Counted from the first letter of the stretch, positions 10,753 to 20,727 are shown. The stretch is 64,000 bases of DNA from an uncultured Parcubacteria group bacterium (GCA_947084965.1 CAMTUG010000004.1:87490-151489); one strand, 5' to 3'. Numbers and translations: made by a program. The notes: generated by a model from the sequence alone, not told the origin.

Positions 10753-10756
10753 AAAT

Positions 10757-10872
10757 TCGAAATTCGAAATTCGAAGCTCGAAACAAATTCGAATCGAAAA
10801 TCGAAAATTCTTGAAACTTCTTTTTTTCTCTTTCCGATTGCTTCGTATTTCGATTTTTGTATTTCGTATTTC
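10757..10872. repeat. Heptamer-repeat inverted-arm hairpin element (GAAATTC family), no gene in the loop
   Basis: Left arm AAATTCGAAATTCGAAATTCGAAGCTCGAAA; right arm CGTATTTCGATTTTTGTATTTCGTATTTC, an imperfect reverse complement. A related element lies at 30735-30862. Confidence 0.45.
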
Positions 10873-10876
10873 ATAC

Positions 10877-12463
10877 TTACGCTATGCGTTCATGACGCCC
10901 GAGCAAAACAACAAAGGCCGCGAACATCCACAAGTATACCGCAAGCGAGCGCACTTCGAGGAATGTAGCCAAAAAGGCGTTCAAGGCAACGGCGATCATC
11001 GCCCCAGCAACGCCGAGCGCTATCGCCCGGGTGAAGTCATCGTCAGAGCGTTTATGAACGCGCAAGGCATACACAAACAATCCGAGATAGAGCCAGAGGT
11101 ACAAGGCAAAGCCGATCGTTCCGGTCTCTCCCCACAACGAAAACCAGTTGTTATCGAGGTAGCCTTCACTTCCGTACACACCGAATGGCAGTCCGAGTTG
11201 ATCGTACACTTCTGTGTTACGGAACAAGATCGCCGCACCGCCGCCGTAGGTGCCTGGACCGAACCCGAAAAGCGGCGATGCCGGAATAACCGTCGTCACC
11301 GTTTGGACGATCCAATACAATCGCCCCAGGCCGTAATACTCCCCGCTCCAACGCTCCACACTAAACGCCTCGAAGAATCGTTCAACAAACGTTTGCGACG
11401 GTGTGTCGATTAACTTGCTGACAACGAGCCCCGAGTAAGCAAGATACCCAGCGATGATTGCGGCACAAATGCCTACACCGACCATTACTTTACGATCGCG
11501 TTTGATAATGAGCGCGAGAAATAAAAAGCCGAGGAGGAACCCGAACCAACTTGAACGTGAATAGGTCAGAGCAAGCGCTGGGAGCCCGAGCAAAAAGAGC
11601 CACCATAATTCTTTGCGTTCGGTGCGGATACGCTTTTCATACAGCAAGCCAACACCGATCAACAGGAAAAATCCAAGGAAGGTGCCGAGACGATCGTAGC
11701 GGCCGAGCGTAGCAAAAACGCGCGAACCAGGATCCCAAAACTGCACCGTCCCTTCCGTTAACGTGAATTCACCAAAGGTGCGCGTTTGTGATGGCAACAA
11801 AAAACTATCGAGCGGTGCACCAAGCACGGCTTGGGCGATCCCGATCCCCGCTTGCAATGCGGCGACGGAGAGCATGATCACGACTAAACGTTTGATGTAG
11901 GTACGCGACGGATCCAAAAGCAGGACCGCGTAAAACAAAAGCATATAACGGATGATCTGACGAATCCCGACGATGGCGATCGTCGGATCGACCCAGTTAA
12001 TCACCGCACTTGAAGCGAGAACGACGAGCAAAAGGACGAACGGCAAGTTCATCGGATTTTCGATAACTTTTTTCCCGTCCAAAAAAGCGCGGACGACGGC
12101 GACGGCAAAGATCAAATAAATCAGTGCCTCGGAAAAAACACGGGCGTAAAGATAAATTTCATCCGGGATCCACTTGAGCACGAACGGTTCGAACGGAAGA
12201 AAGACGGAGAGGATGGTTAGTGACGTCAACGGTTTTAGAATCGTCAGCACGATGAAAAAGAGCGCGACCAAACCGCCGAGGACTGTAAGTGGCGAAGTGA
12301 AGACGATCCCGATTGTGCCGATGGCGATGATCGTGAGGGTCAACGCAAAAAGCATCGGCATCTTTTCATCCGATCGTCGATACGCTTCCCGGAGGTTCAC
12401 CATAGTACGGATATTATAGCAGAAATTCCAAACTCCAAGCACCAAATAACAAATAAATCTCAA
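10877..12463 (-). CDS. O-antigen ligase / Wzy-like polytopic membrane protein
   Basis: 528 aa with at least 10 hydrophobic segments and O-antigen-ligase-like architecture. The true start may be the internal MPMLFALTL. Confidence 0.6.
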   Translation of the reverse strand: MRFICYLVLGVWNFCYNIRTMVNLREAYRRSDEKMPMLFALTLTIIAIGTIGIVFTSPLTVLGGLVALFFIVLTILKPLTSLTILSVFLPFEPFVLKWIPDEIYLYARVFSEALIYLIFAVAVVRAFLDGKKVIENPMNLPFVLLLVVLASSAVINWVDPTIAIVGIRQIIRYMLLFYAVLLLDPSRTYIKRLVVIMLSVAALQAGIGIAQAVLGAPLDSFLLPSQTRTFGEFTLTEGTVQFWDPGSRVFATLGRYDRLGTFLGFFLLIGVGLLYEKRIRTERKELWWLFLLGLPALALTYSRSSWFGFLLGFLFLALIIKRDRKVMVGVGICAAIIAGYLAYSGLVVSKLIDTPSQTFVERFFEAFSVERWSGEYYGLGRLYWIVQTVTTVIPASPLFGFGPGTYGGGAAILFRNTEVYDQLGLPFGVYGSEGYLDNNWFSLWGETGTIGFALYLWLYLGLFVYALRVHKRSDDDFTRAIALGVAGAMIAVALNAFLATFLEVRSLAVYLWMFAAFVVLLGRHERIA

Positions 12464-12552
12464 AGACCAAAACTCAAATCGGTTTTAAACATTGATTCTT
12501 GGATATTGAGACTTATTTGATGCTTGGTGCTTGTGATTTGGTGCTTAAATGC

Positions 12553-12585
12553 GAACGCCCCGACTGCCGTAGTGCAGCCGGGGAC
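12553..12585 (-). terminator. Hairpin just 3' of the high-GC gene 12615..13718
   Basis: CCCCGACTGCC...GCAGCCGGGG stem with one mismatch, immediately after the minus-strand stop. The T-tract is weak. Confidence 0.35.
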
Positions 12586-12614
12586 GTTGTCGCGATTGTG
12601 CCGTAGGGATGGAC

Positions 12615-13718
12615 CTACAGCGAGCAGACGGGCTCGGTCGAGCACGAGGCGACGAACTGGGCCTCACAGCCGCTCCCCGTGGAGATCTCGATGATCTCCA
12701 GGTCGCAGGAGCTGCCGGAGGCGTCGTAGTACACCGCGCTGTGATCCCCGTCGAGCGAGGAGCCCATGCAGGAGTACCGCGTGCTCGAGTACTCGAGCGA
12801 GTAGCGGCCGACGTAGTCGTCGTAGACCTCCTCCACCGTGAAGGACCAGTCCGCGCCGTCGTCCGACACGCTCGCGGTCGCCGAGGTGGTGTCCCACCAG
12901 TCGCCGAAGTCCTCGCAGGCCTCGTCGACCTCGTAGCCCACCGAGGCGCTCGAGCGGGTCGCGCTCGGCGTCACGGTGATGACGACGCAGTCGAAGCAGG
13001 GGGGCTCCTCGGTCTCGGTCGCGGTGTCGGTCTCGGCGGCGGTGTCCTCGGCCGTGTCGGTGTCGGTGTCCTCCTCGGTCGCGGTGTCCGCCGCGACGCC
13101 GGTGTCCTCGGTGATGGCTCCGCTGTCCGAGGCGGCGCCGGTGTCCGTCACGGTGCCGCTGTCGGCCTCCGCGTCGGTGTCCTCGTCGCCCTCGGCGGGC
13201 TCCTCGGTGTCGTCGGCCTCGGGGGCGCCGGTGTCGGTCTCGGTCTCGGAGCCGGTGTCGTCGGACGCGGGGATGTCGTCGCGGTTGAGGGGGTTCGAGC
13301 CCGCCTCGACCTCTTCCCCGTCGCTGTAGCCGTCGCCGTCGGTGTCCGAGTCGTACTTCTCCGTGCCGAGCTCGTTCTCCTCCGCGTCGGTCAGGCCGTC
13401 GCGGTCGGAGTCGGGGCTCTCCTCCTCGGGCTCCTCGGCGGCGGTGTCGACGGGCTCCTCGACCGGCTCCTCGATGTCGGTGTCCTCGGCCGGGTCGTCC
13501 GTGTCCTCCTCGGGCTCCTCGGTCTCGGAGTCGTCGCCTTCGGGGACCTCCTCCGCCTCCTCCTCCATCGGCACGCCGGTGTCGCTGATCACCCCGGTGT
13601 CGTCGGCCTCGGGGCTCTTGGCGCCCTCGATGACCATGGTGAAGTTGTCACAGCCGACGGAGAAGAGCGCGGCGAGGGTGGTCAGGACCGCTGACCGCGG
13701 GATCGTGAACAGTCGCAT
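12615..13718 (-). CDS. High-GC secreted lipoprotein with thrombospondin type 3-like Ca-binding repeats and an acidic low-complexity region
   Basis: Signal peptide with lipobox (LAALFSVGCDN). DxDxDGxxDxxE motifs such as DSDRDGLTDAEE and DSDTDGDGYSDGEE. GC3 is close to 100%. Confidence 0.6.
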   Translation of the reverse strand: MRLFTIPRSAVLTTLAALFSVGCDNFTMVIEGAKSPEADDTGVISDTGVPMEEEAEEVPEGDDSETEEPEEDTDDPAEDTDIEEPVEEPVDTAAEEPEEESPDSDRDGLTDAEENELGTEKYDSDTDGDGYSDGEEVEAGSNPLNRDDIPASDDTGSETETDTGAPEADDTEEPAEGDEDTDAEADSGTVTDTGAASDSGAITEDTGVAADTATEEDTDTDTAEDTAAETDTATETEEPPCFDCVVITVTPSATRSSASVGYEVDEACEDFGDWWDTTSATASVSDDGADWSFTVEEVYDDYVGRYSLEYSSTRYSCMGSSLDGDHSAVYYDASGSSCDLEIIEISTGSGCEAQFVASCSTEPVCSL

Positions 13719-13829
13719 TGGACCTCCAGTTTGCGTGAGAAACGTTCCGCGGTGTCCAGCCGCAAAACGCAGGGAACGGGCTTGTGGCCCGGTTAGCTTG
13801 GGTTCAAAACCCGGGGGAGCGAACGTCGA

Positions 13830-13858
13830 AATATAGCATATTTTAGCCCTTTTGTCAA
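13830..13858 (-). promoter_or_regulatory. Near-consensus sigma70 promoter for gene 12615..13718
   Basis: On the minus strand, TTGACA, then 17 nt (AAAGGGCTAAAATATGC), then TATATT; about 110 nt upstream of the start at 13718. Confidence 0.5.
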
Positions 13859-13912
13859 TGGTATAACGCTAGAATTAGCCTAAAAATAGGCAAAAACATA
13901 GTACTGGCCACG

Positions 13913-14695
13913 ATACCGGCTTCAGAAGCCGGTATCAGGAGGACATAAGTTAGAAACCGGAACAAAATCCAGGTACAATAAAAAAACTATGGCAATCACA
14001 AGGGACTTCAACTCGGGTAGCTATTACCACGTTTATAATCGAACCGTAGTTGGTACAAAACTTTTTAGATCATTTGCTGACCACCAACGTTTTTATGAAA
14101 ATCTTTACGTGTTTAACAATGCGAACTACCGTCATCGTGGTGGTGACCCAAGACGCGCCTACTATGAACTTGCAACTGCTGAAATTAACCGTGCACCCCT
14201 CGTTGAAATCGAATGTTTTATCCTCATGCCAGACCACTATCACTTAGTTCTCAAACAGCTACAAGAAAATGGCATATCGAAATTCATGCACCGACTAAGC
14301 ATGGGTTATGCAAACTATCTGAATCTAAAATATCAACGAACGGGACACGTTTTCGAAACAAAGTTCAAGGCGAGGCCGGTCGATGAACAGGAGCATTTCG
14401 ATCACTTACCACGTTATATTCATCTCAATGCCCTCGATCATAAATTGCCGGGCTGGAGAAATGGTTCGATCTCAGATTGGGCGCTGGCAAAAGCGATTCT
14501 CGATTCCTATCCATGGTCGAGTCATCATGTTTATTCAGGCTATGGACAGTCATTTGAAGTAATTAACGAGTCATTTGCTCGTGCTCGCTACCCTTCACCA
14601 AAGGACTACTTTACCGATCTACAAAACTGGTCAGGTCGATCAACCCTATCAAAACTTGATTCGTATTTCTGATACCGGCTTCTGAAGCCGGTATC
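13913..14695 (+). mobile_element. IS200/IS605-family (RAYT-like) transposase unit flanked by inverted REP-like palindromes
   Basis: ATACCGGCTTCaGAAGCCGGTAT at 13913-13935 and GATACCGGCTTCtGAAGCCGGTATC at 14671-14695. Both are perfect palindromes with complementary loop bases, i.e. inverted copies. Confidence 0.65.
13989..14672 (+). CDS. IS200-like / REP-associated tyrosine (Y1, HUH) transposase
   Basis: HUH motif MPDHYHLVL and C-terminal YIHLNALDH, which matches the IS200/RAYT YxHxNP(V/A) signature. It is low-GC in a high-GC neighbourhood. Confidence 0.75.
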   Translation: MAITRDFNSGSYYHVYNRTVVGTKLFRSFADHQRFYENLYVFNNANYRHRGGDPRRAYYELATAEINRAPLVEIECFILMPDHYHLVLKQLQENGISKFMHRLSMGYANYLNLKYQRTGHVFETKFKARPVDEQEHFDHLPRYIHLNALDHKLPGWRNGSISDWALAKAILDSYPWSSHHVYSGYGQSFEVINESFARARYPSPKDYFTDLQNWSGRSTLSKLDSYF

Positions 14696-14788
14696 ATCTT
14701 TTTAAACGCGAAGACGCCCACGGAAGTTGTCCGTGGGCGCCGCTCGGGGGCTCGAGTGTCGGCTCGAGCCGTTGTCGTGCCGGTGGGG

Positions 14789-17700
14789 CTAGATCCCCTG
14801 CCAGGCGTAGGTGGTCGCGGAGCTCTCGAAGATCTCCACGTCGCGGGTGTTGGCCGAGAAGACCGCGTTCAGCCAGCACTGCGGCGTCGTGCCCGTCGAG
14901 CCGTCGATCACGAAGAGGGAGAAGACCCCGTCCGTGATCGTGAAGCTGTAGGACCCGGTGCCGGTGTAGGGCAGGTACTGCATCGCCCCGCCGGCCGAGT
15001 AGTCGATGACCCCGATCTGGTCGCCCGAGGTGAGGGTCATCGCCGAGGTGCAGTCGATCAGCGAGCTCGGGTCATCCAGGCCGCCCGAGAGGGTGAGGAC
15101 CAGGAAGCCGCCGCTCGCGACACCGTCCACGGTGAAGAGGCAGGTCGCCTCGTCCACGACCCCGTCGCAGTCGTTGTCGACGCCGTCGTCGCAGGTTTCG
15201 GCCGCGTCGGGGTTGCTGAGCGCGAGACTGTCCTCGCAGTCGTCCCCGCCGCAGGCCTCGCTCACGAGGCCGTCGCCGTCCTCGTCGTCCTCGCAGGTCC
15301 CGGTGTCGCCGCCCGAGTCGCCGGTGTCGGAGGTCTCGCAGACCTCCTCGTCGACGTCACCGTCGCAGTCGTCGTCGAGGGTGTTGCAGTACTCCTCGGC
15401 GCCGGGGTAGCTGGTGCGCTGGTTGTCGTCGCAGTCGGTCGCGTCGGCGACGTAGCCGCTGGGCTGGTCGCAGGCCGCGGTGGCGGTGGCGGTCTCGTCG
15501 CCGAAGCCGTCGCCGTCGCCGTCCGGGTACCAGTCGCTGTCGTCGATCGCGTCGTCCTCGTCGACTTCGCCGTCGCAGTCGTCGTCCTGGCCGTTGCAGA
15601 ACTCGTCGGCGCCGGGGTAGCTGTCGTCGTCGCCGTCGTCGCAGTCCTCGCAGGCCGCGAAGCCGTCGAGGTCGGCGTCGTCGTACATCACCGAGCCGTC
15701 GCAGTTGTAGTCCGTGGGGTCGGTGCAGTCCGACTCGTCCGCGCCCGGGTTGTAGAGCGCGTCGCCGTCGTCGCAGTCGCCGCCGATCGCGACGTAGCCG
15801 CTCGGCGCGTCGCAGGCGATCTGGGTGACGCTGTCGTCACCGTACTCGTCGTCGTCCGCGTCCGCGTACCACGTCCCCGCGTCGATCGCGTCGTTCTCGT
15901 CGACGTCACCGTCGCAGTCGTCGTCGAGGCCGTTGCAGGTCTCGGTCGCGGCAGGACTCACGTCGACGTTGCCGTCGTCGCAGTCGCCGTCGTTCTCGGA
16001 GTACCCGTCGCCGTCCTCGTCGGAGGCGTCGGTCCCCTGGTCGACGTTGCCATCGCAGTCGTCGTCGAGGCCGTTCTCGATCTCCTCGGCGCCCGGGTAG
16101 GTCGTGCGCTGGTTGTCGTCGCAGTCGGTCGCGTCGGCGACGTAGCCGCTGGGCTGGTCGCAGGCCGCGGTGGCGGTGGCGGTCTCGTCGCCGAAGCCGT
16201 CGCCGTCGCCGTCCGGGTACCAGTCGCTGGCGTCCTCGTCGACCGTCCCGTCGCAGTCCCGGTCCACCCCGTCCTCGCAGTCCTGCGGGGCGTCGGGGTT
16301 GGTGCGGAACACGCTGTCGTCGCAGTCGCCGTCGTCCTCGGTCCAGCCGTCACCGTCGTCGTCGTAGGAGTCGGTGTTGTTGTCCACGACCCCGTCGCAG
16401 TCGTCGTCGGCGCCGTTGACGTACTCGGTCGCACCCGGGTGGGTGCTGCGGTCGAGGTCGGCGCAGTCGCCGTCGCACTCGGTGTAGCCGTCGCCGTCCG
16501 CGTCGACCATGTCGCCCGGGTCGCTGTCGTCGCAGTCGCTCCAGTCGTCGACGTAGCCGGTGGGCGCGTCGCACTCGATGTCCATGACGCTCGCGTCGCC
16601 GTAGCCGTCGCCGTCCGCGTCCGCGTACCAGGTCGAGGCGTCGATCGCCTCGTCCTCGTCGACGTCACCGTCGCAGTCGTCGTCGACCTCGTTGCAGGAC
16701 TCCGCCTCGGCGGGGCTCACCGAGGAGTCGAGGTCGTCGCAGTCGTCGTCGTTCTCGACGTAGCCGGTGGGGAGCGAGCAGGCGGCGTGGGTGTTGCCCG
16801 CGTCGCCGTAGCTGTCCCGATCGAGGTCCGCGTACCAGGTCGAGGCGTCGATCGCCTCGTCCTCGTCGACGTCACCGTCGCAGTCGTTGTCGATCGTGTC
16901 GCAGATCTCGCTGTCGGCGGGCGAGATCGCGGCGTCGTCGTCGTCGCAGTCGTTGGCGTCGGCGACGTAGCCGCTCGGCTGGTTGCAGGCGTAGTCGATC
17001 GCGTCCTCGTTGCCGAAGCCGTCGCCGTCCGCGTCCGCGTACCAGGTCGAGGCGTCGATCGCCTCGTCCTCGTCGACCGTGCCGTCGCAGTTGTCGTCGA
17101 CCTCGTTGCAGGTCTCGAGCTCGCCCGGGTTGACGCTCGCGTCGGTGTCGTCGCAGTCGGTGGCGTCGACGACGTACCCCGCGGGGATGGTGCAGGAGGT
17201 GAGCGCGTTGTCCACGTCGCCGTAGCCGTCGCCGTCCACGTCGCCGAAGAAGTCGATCGCGTCCACCGCGTCGTCCTCGTCCACGATCGCGTCGCAGTCG
17301 TCGTCCACGCCGTTGCAGGACTCGGACTGGCCGACGAAGATCTCGGCGTCGAGGTCGTAGCAGTCGCGGCTGTCGGTCACGTAGCCGTCCGGCTGGCTGC
17401 AGGCCTCGACGGGCGCGTTCAGGTCGCCCTGGCCGTCGCCGTCGAGGTCGGCGTAGAAGGTCGAGGTCACGCCCTCGTCGACCGTGCCGTTGCAGTTGTC
17501 GTCGCGGTCGTTGCAGGCCTCGGTCGCGCCGGGGTTGACGTCGGCGTCCCCGTCGTCGCAGTCGCTGTCGTCGGCGACGTAGTGGCTCGGCGCCACGCAG
17601 TCGTCGATCGCGTCCGCGGAGTCGCCGTAGCCGTCCTGGTCGAGGTCGGCGTACCAGGTCCCGAGGGCGTTCTCGTCGACCGTGCCGTTGCAGTTGTCGT

Positions 17701-17977
17701 CGCGGTCGTTGCAGGCCTCGGTCGCGCCGGGGTTGACGTCGGCGTCCCCGTCGTCGCAGTCGCCGTCGTTCTCCGAGTACCCGTCGCCGTCGTTGTCGAC
17801 CTCGTCGGGATCCGGCTGGTCGATGTTGACGCCGGTGTCGTTGATCGGGTCCTGGAACCCGATCGTCTCGCAGCCGGCGAGGGTGAGGGTGATGAGCAGC
17901 CCGCCGATCTTGGCGCGGGTGCTCGAGGAGGCGGCCTTGCGGACGCCGGACTTCTTGGTGAGACGGAACAGGTTCAT
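14789..17977 (-). CDS. High-GC lipoprotein built from about 20 MopE-like (putative metal-binding, PF11617-type) Cys/Asp-rich modules
   Basis: Signal peptide plus lipobox (LITLTLAGCET). Tandem modules DCDDxDAxVNPGAxExCNxxDDNCDGxVDE(D)xAIDAxTWYADADGDGYG. The minus strand has recognisable motifs; plus-strand frames are V/A/G/R low complexity. Confidence 0.7.
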   Translation of the reverse strand: MNLFRLTKKSGVRKAASSSTRAKIGGLLITLTLAGCETIGFQDPINDTGVNIDQPDPDEVDNDGDGYSENDGDCDDGDADVNPGATEACNDRDDNCNGTVDENALGTWYADLDQDGYGDSADAIDDCVAPSHYVADDSDCDDGDADVNPGATEACNDRDDNCNGTVDEGVTSTFYADLDGDGQGDLNAPVEACSQPDGYVTDSRDCYDLDAEIFVGQSESCNGVDDDCDAIVDEDDAVDAIDFFGDVDGDGYGDVDNALTSCTIPAGYVVDATDCDDTDASVNPGELETCNEVDDNCDGTVDEDEAIDASTWYADADGDGFGNEDAIDYACNQPSGYVADANDCDDDDAAISPADSEICDTIDNDCDGDVDEDEAIDASTWYADLDRDSYGDAGNTHAACSLPTGYVENDDDCDDLDSSVSPAEAESCNEVDDDCDGDVDEDEAIDASTWYADADGDGYGDASVMDIECDAPTGYVDDWSDCDDSDPGDMVDADGDGYTECDGDCADLDRSTHPGATEYVNGADDDCDGVVDNNTDSYDDDGDGWTEDDGDCDDSVFRTNPDAPQDCEDGVDRDCDGTVDEDASDWYPDGDGDGFGDETATATAACDQPSGYVADATDCDDNQRTTYPGAEEIENGLDDDCDGNVDQGTDASDEDGDGYSENDGDCDDGNVDVSPAATETCNGLDDDCDGDVDENDAIDAGTWYADADDDEYGDDSVTQIACDAPSGYVAIGGDCDDGDALYNPGADESDCTDPTDYNCDGSVMYDDADLDGFAACEDCDDGDDDSYPGADEFCNGQDDDCDGEVDEDDAIDDSDWYPDGDGDGFGDETATATAACDQPSGYVADATDCDDNQRTSYPGAEEYCNTLDDDCDGDVDEEVCETSDTGDSGGDTGTCEDDEDGDGLVSEACGGDDCEDSLALSNPDAAETCDDGVDNDCDGVVDEATCLFTVDGVASGGFLVLTLSGGLDDPSSLIDCTSAMTLTSGDQIGVIDYSAGGAMQYLPYTGTGSYSFTITDGVFSLFVIDGSTGTTPQCWLNAVFSANTRDVEIFESSATTYAWQGI

Positions 17978-18138
17978 CCTGTCCTCCTGTGGTTGGGGGT
18001 CTACTTCTCTCGGACACTTCTCCGTCGTCAGGCCGACGGAGCACTAGAACACAAAAAGAGCTACGCGTTGCGTTTCCGCCTGATCCCCTCCCCATCAGTC
18101 GAAAACGACGCTAAAAATAGGCAAAATCACGGCCTGTG

Positions 18139-18167
18139 TTTTTATCACTTTTGCCCAAGAATGTCAA
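18139..18167 (-). promoter_or_regulatory. Candidate sigma70 promoter for gene 14789..17977
   Basis: On the minus strand, TTGACA, then 17 nt, then TAAAAA (weak -10 with TGA upstream); about 165 nt upstream of the start at 17977. Confidence 0.35.
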
Positions 18168-18369
18168 GAAATCGCTAACGAAATCTTTAAAAGTCGATGC
18201 GGTGTCGGTGCGTGGGGTGCCAGCCTCTGAGACGTACCCAAAATGTATGGCGAAGAAGTGGCAGGGACCCGCAAACCGGCAGATCGCAAATTCTGTACGT
18301 TTTAAAAAGCGTGATGCCCTCGGGAGTGTCCCAAGGGCATCAGAGCGTCGATCTACCCGGCCCGGTTGA

Positions 18370-20727
18370 TCAGTAGGCCTCGCGCAGCGAGAACTGGTCG
18401 AAGAGGTAGTCGCCGGATTCGAATCCGAGGCAGAGCGTATGATCCGCCTCGGTGGCGGTGAAGATCCAGGCGTACTCCTGCCAGGACGTCGTGGCGGCCG
18501 CCATCGTGTCGTCGTAGTCCCCGTCGCTCGCGCTCGGGGTGAGGTCGACAGTCGAACCGATCGAGCTCGTCTCGATCCAGGCGACTCCGAAGGAGAGCGA
18601 GGAGGCCGTCGTCGTCCGGTAGACGAAGGCGATCTCGTAGTCGACCCCGACCGTGAAGCCGGAGAACTCGGTGCAGACCCCGGCCTGGTACCAGTCCGAC
18701 GAGGTCGCCACGCTGACCTCCATGAAGTAGTCGTGGGACCCGACCGACGTGGTGTACACGTACGACGAGCTCTCCGAGTACCCGAGAGTGATGGCGTAGC
18801 TGCCCCAGGCGGTCCTGACCGCGGCCCAAACCGAACTGGGATCGCTGTCGATCGCCCCGTCCGTGAAGAAGCTCGAGCCCGTCGCCACGTAGCCCGTCCC
18901 GCTGACGCAGACCGTGGTGTCCTCGAAGTCCCAGAGGCCGTTGCAGTCGTTGTCGACCAGGTCGTAGCACTCGTGACCAGTTCCCCAGTCGTCCTCGGCG
19001 GTGTGAGCCGGGGACGCGGCCGCGGTGGTGTCGTCGCAGTCGCCGCCGGTCGTGACGTACCCCGAGAGGGTCGAACACGTGGTGGTGCCGGTGGACGAAT
19101 CGCCGTAGCCGTCGCCGTCCTCGTCGAGGTAGTAGGTGGTGCCCGCCCCCTCGTCGATCGTCCCGTCGCAGTCCTCGTCCATCCCGTCGCAGTTCTCGGT
19201 CGCGCCAGGGTAGACCCCGCTCGCGGCGTCGTTGCAGTCGCCGGCGTCCTCGGTGTAGCCGTCGCTGTCGTCGTCGTAGCAGGACGTCGTCTCATCGATC
19301 GTCCCGTCGCAGTCCTCGTCCACGCCGTCGCAGGACTCGCTCGCGCCGGGGCTCACGTCGGCGTCGCTGTCGTTGCAGTCACCGCCGGTTTCGGTGTACC
19401 CGTCGCCGTCGTCGTCGTAGAGCGAGGTCCCCTCGTCGACGATCCCGTCGCAGTCGTCGTCCACCAGGTTGGCGGACTCGGTGCCGCTCGGGTTGACCGT
19501 CGCATCGCTGTCGTCGCAGTCATCGTCGTTCTCGACGTAGCCGGCGGGGAGCGCGCAGGCGGCGAGCGTGCTGTCCGGGTCGCCGTAGCTGTCGCCGTCG
19601 TAGTCGCGGTAGTAGACGTTGGCCGTGAGGCCGTCGTCCACCGTCCCGTCGCAGTCGTCGTCCACGCCGTTGCAGGACTCGGTCGCCGAGGTGTTGACCG
19701 CCGCGTCGCCGTCGTTGCAGTCGCCGGCGCAGGTGGTCTCCCCGTCGCCGTCGCTGTCGACATCTTCGTCGATCGTGCCGTCGCAGTCCTCGTCGATCGT
19801 GCCGTCGCAGACTTCGCTCGCGCCGGGGTTGACCGCCGCGTCGCCGTCGTCGCAGTCCGACTCGCAGACCATGTACCCGTCGCGGTCGTCGTCCGCCTCG
19901 TCGCTTCCGGCGCTGCCATCGCAGTCGTCGTCCACGCCGTTGCAGGACTCGGTCGCGTCCGGGTTGACCGCCGCGTCGCCGTCGTTGCAGTCGTCGGCGT
20001 TGTCGGCGTAGCCGGTCGGCAGGTCGCAGGCCTCGGCCGGGACGAGCTCGTTGCCGAACCCATCGCCGTCCGCGTCCTCGTACCAGGTCGGCATGTCCAC
20101 GGCGTCCTCGTCGACCTCCCCGTCGCAGTCGTTGTCGACGTCGTCGCAGAGCTCATCGAGGTCGGGGGCGGCGGCGACGTTGCCGTCGTCGCAGTCCCCG
20201 GCGCAGGTCGTCCAGCCGTCGCCGTCCGCGTCCACGTCCTCGTTGATCTCCCCGTCGCAGTCGTTGTCGATCTCGTCCTCGCAGCTCTCCTCGAGTCCGG
20301 GGCTCGCGGTCGACAGGGCGTCGTCGCAGTCCCCGTCGCACTCGGTGTAGCCGTCGCTGTCGTCGTCGACCATGTCGCCGGCCGTGGTGTCGTCGCAGTC
20401 GCCCGCGACGGCCACGAAGCTGGTCGGCTGGTCGCAGGCGATCTCGGTGGTGGCTTCGTCGCCGTAGCCATCGCCGTCCGCGTCCGCGTACCAGGTCGGC
20501 ATGTCGATGGCGTCCTCGTCGATCTCGCCGTCGCAGTCGTCGTCGAGGTCGTTGCAGACCTCGTCGGTCGGGACGCAGCCGGAATCGGTGTCGGTGTCCG
20601 TGTCCGTATCGGTGTCCGTATCGGTGTCCGTGTCCGTGTCGGTGTCGGCGTCACCCGAATCACCAACGATGGTAGACTTGCCGAGGGTCAGCTCAGCGAG
20701 GCAGGCCATGAGGGTCAGTAGCAACAT
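18370..20727 (-). CDS. High-GC MopE-like Cys/Asp-rich modular lipoprotein with an N-terminal (Thr-Asp)n linker and a C-terminal beta-rich domain
   Basis: Start taken at the internal ATG giving MLLLTLMACLAELTL (signal peptide). A (DT)12 tract is followed by about 12 MopE-like modules. Confidence 0.65.
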   Translation of the reverse strand: MLLLTLMACLAELTLGKSTIVGDSGDADTDTDTDTDTDTDTDTDTDTDSGCVPTDEVCNDLDDDCDGEIDEDAIDMPTWYADADGDGYGDEATTEIACDQPTSFVAVAGDCDDTTAGDMVDDDSDGYTECDGDCDDALSTASPGLEESCEDEIDNDCDGEINEDVDADGDGWTTCAGDCDDGNVAAAPDLDELCDDVDNDCDGEVDEDAVDMPTWYEDADGDGFGNELVPAEACDLPTGYADNADDCNDGDAAVNPDATESCNGVDDDCDGSAGSDEADDDRDGYMVCESDCDDGDAAVNPGASEVCDGTIDEDCDGTIDEDVDSDGDGETTCAGDCNDGDAAVNTSATESCNGVDDDCDGTVDDGLTANVYYRDYDGDSYGDPDSTLAACALPAGYVENDDDCDDSDATVNPSGTESANLVDDDCDGIVDEGTSLYDDDGDGYTETGGDCNDSDADVSPGASESCDGVDEDCDGTIDETTSCYDDDSDGYTEDAGDCNDAASGVYPGATENCDGMDEDCDGTIDEGAGTTYYLDEDGDGYGDSSTGTTTCSTLSGYVTTGGDCDDTTAAASPAHTAEDDWGTGHECYDLVDNDCNGLWDFEDTTVCVSGTGYVATGSSFFTDGAIDSDPSSVWAAVRTAWGSYAITLGYSESSSYVYTTSVGSHDYFMEVSVATSSDWYQAGVCTEFSGFTVGVDYEIAFVYRTTTASSLSFGVAWIETSSIGSTVDLTPSASDGDYDDTMAAATTSWQEYAWIFTATEADHTLCLGFESGDYLFDQFSLREAY
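20575..20650. repeat. In-frame hexanucleotide microsatellite (GTGTCS/GTATCG)n encoding (Thr-Asp)n
   Basis: About 12 tandem 6-mers, seen directly in the sequence. Confidence 0.8.

Noticed and set aside
13780-13815. tRNA-like sequence GGGTTCAAAACCCGGGGGAGCG.
   Set aside because: Only a single hairpin with a T-loop-like sequence. No acceptor, D or anticodon arms could be formed.
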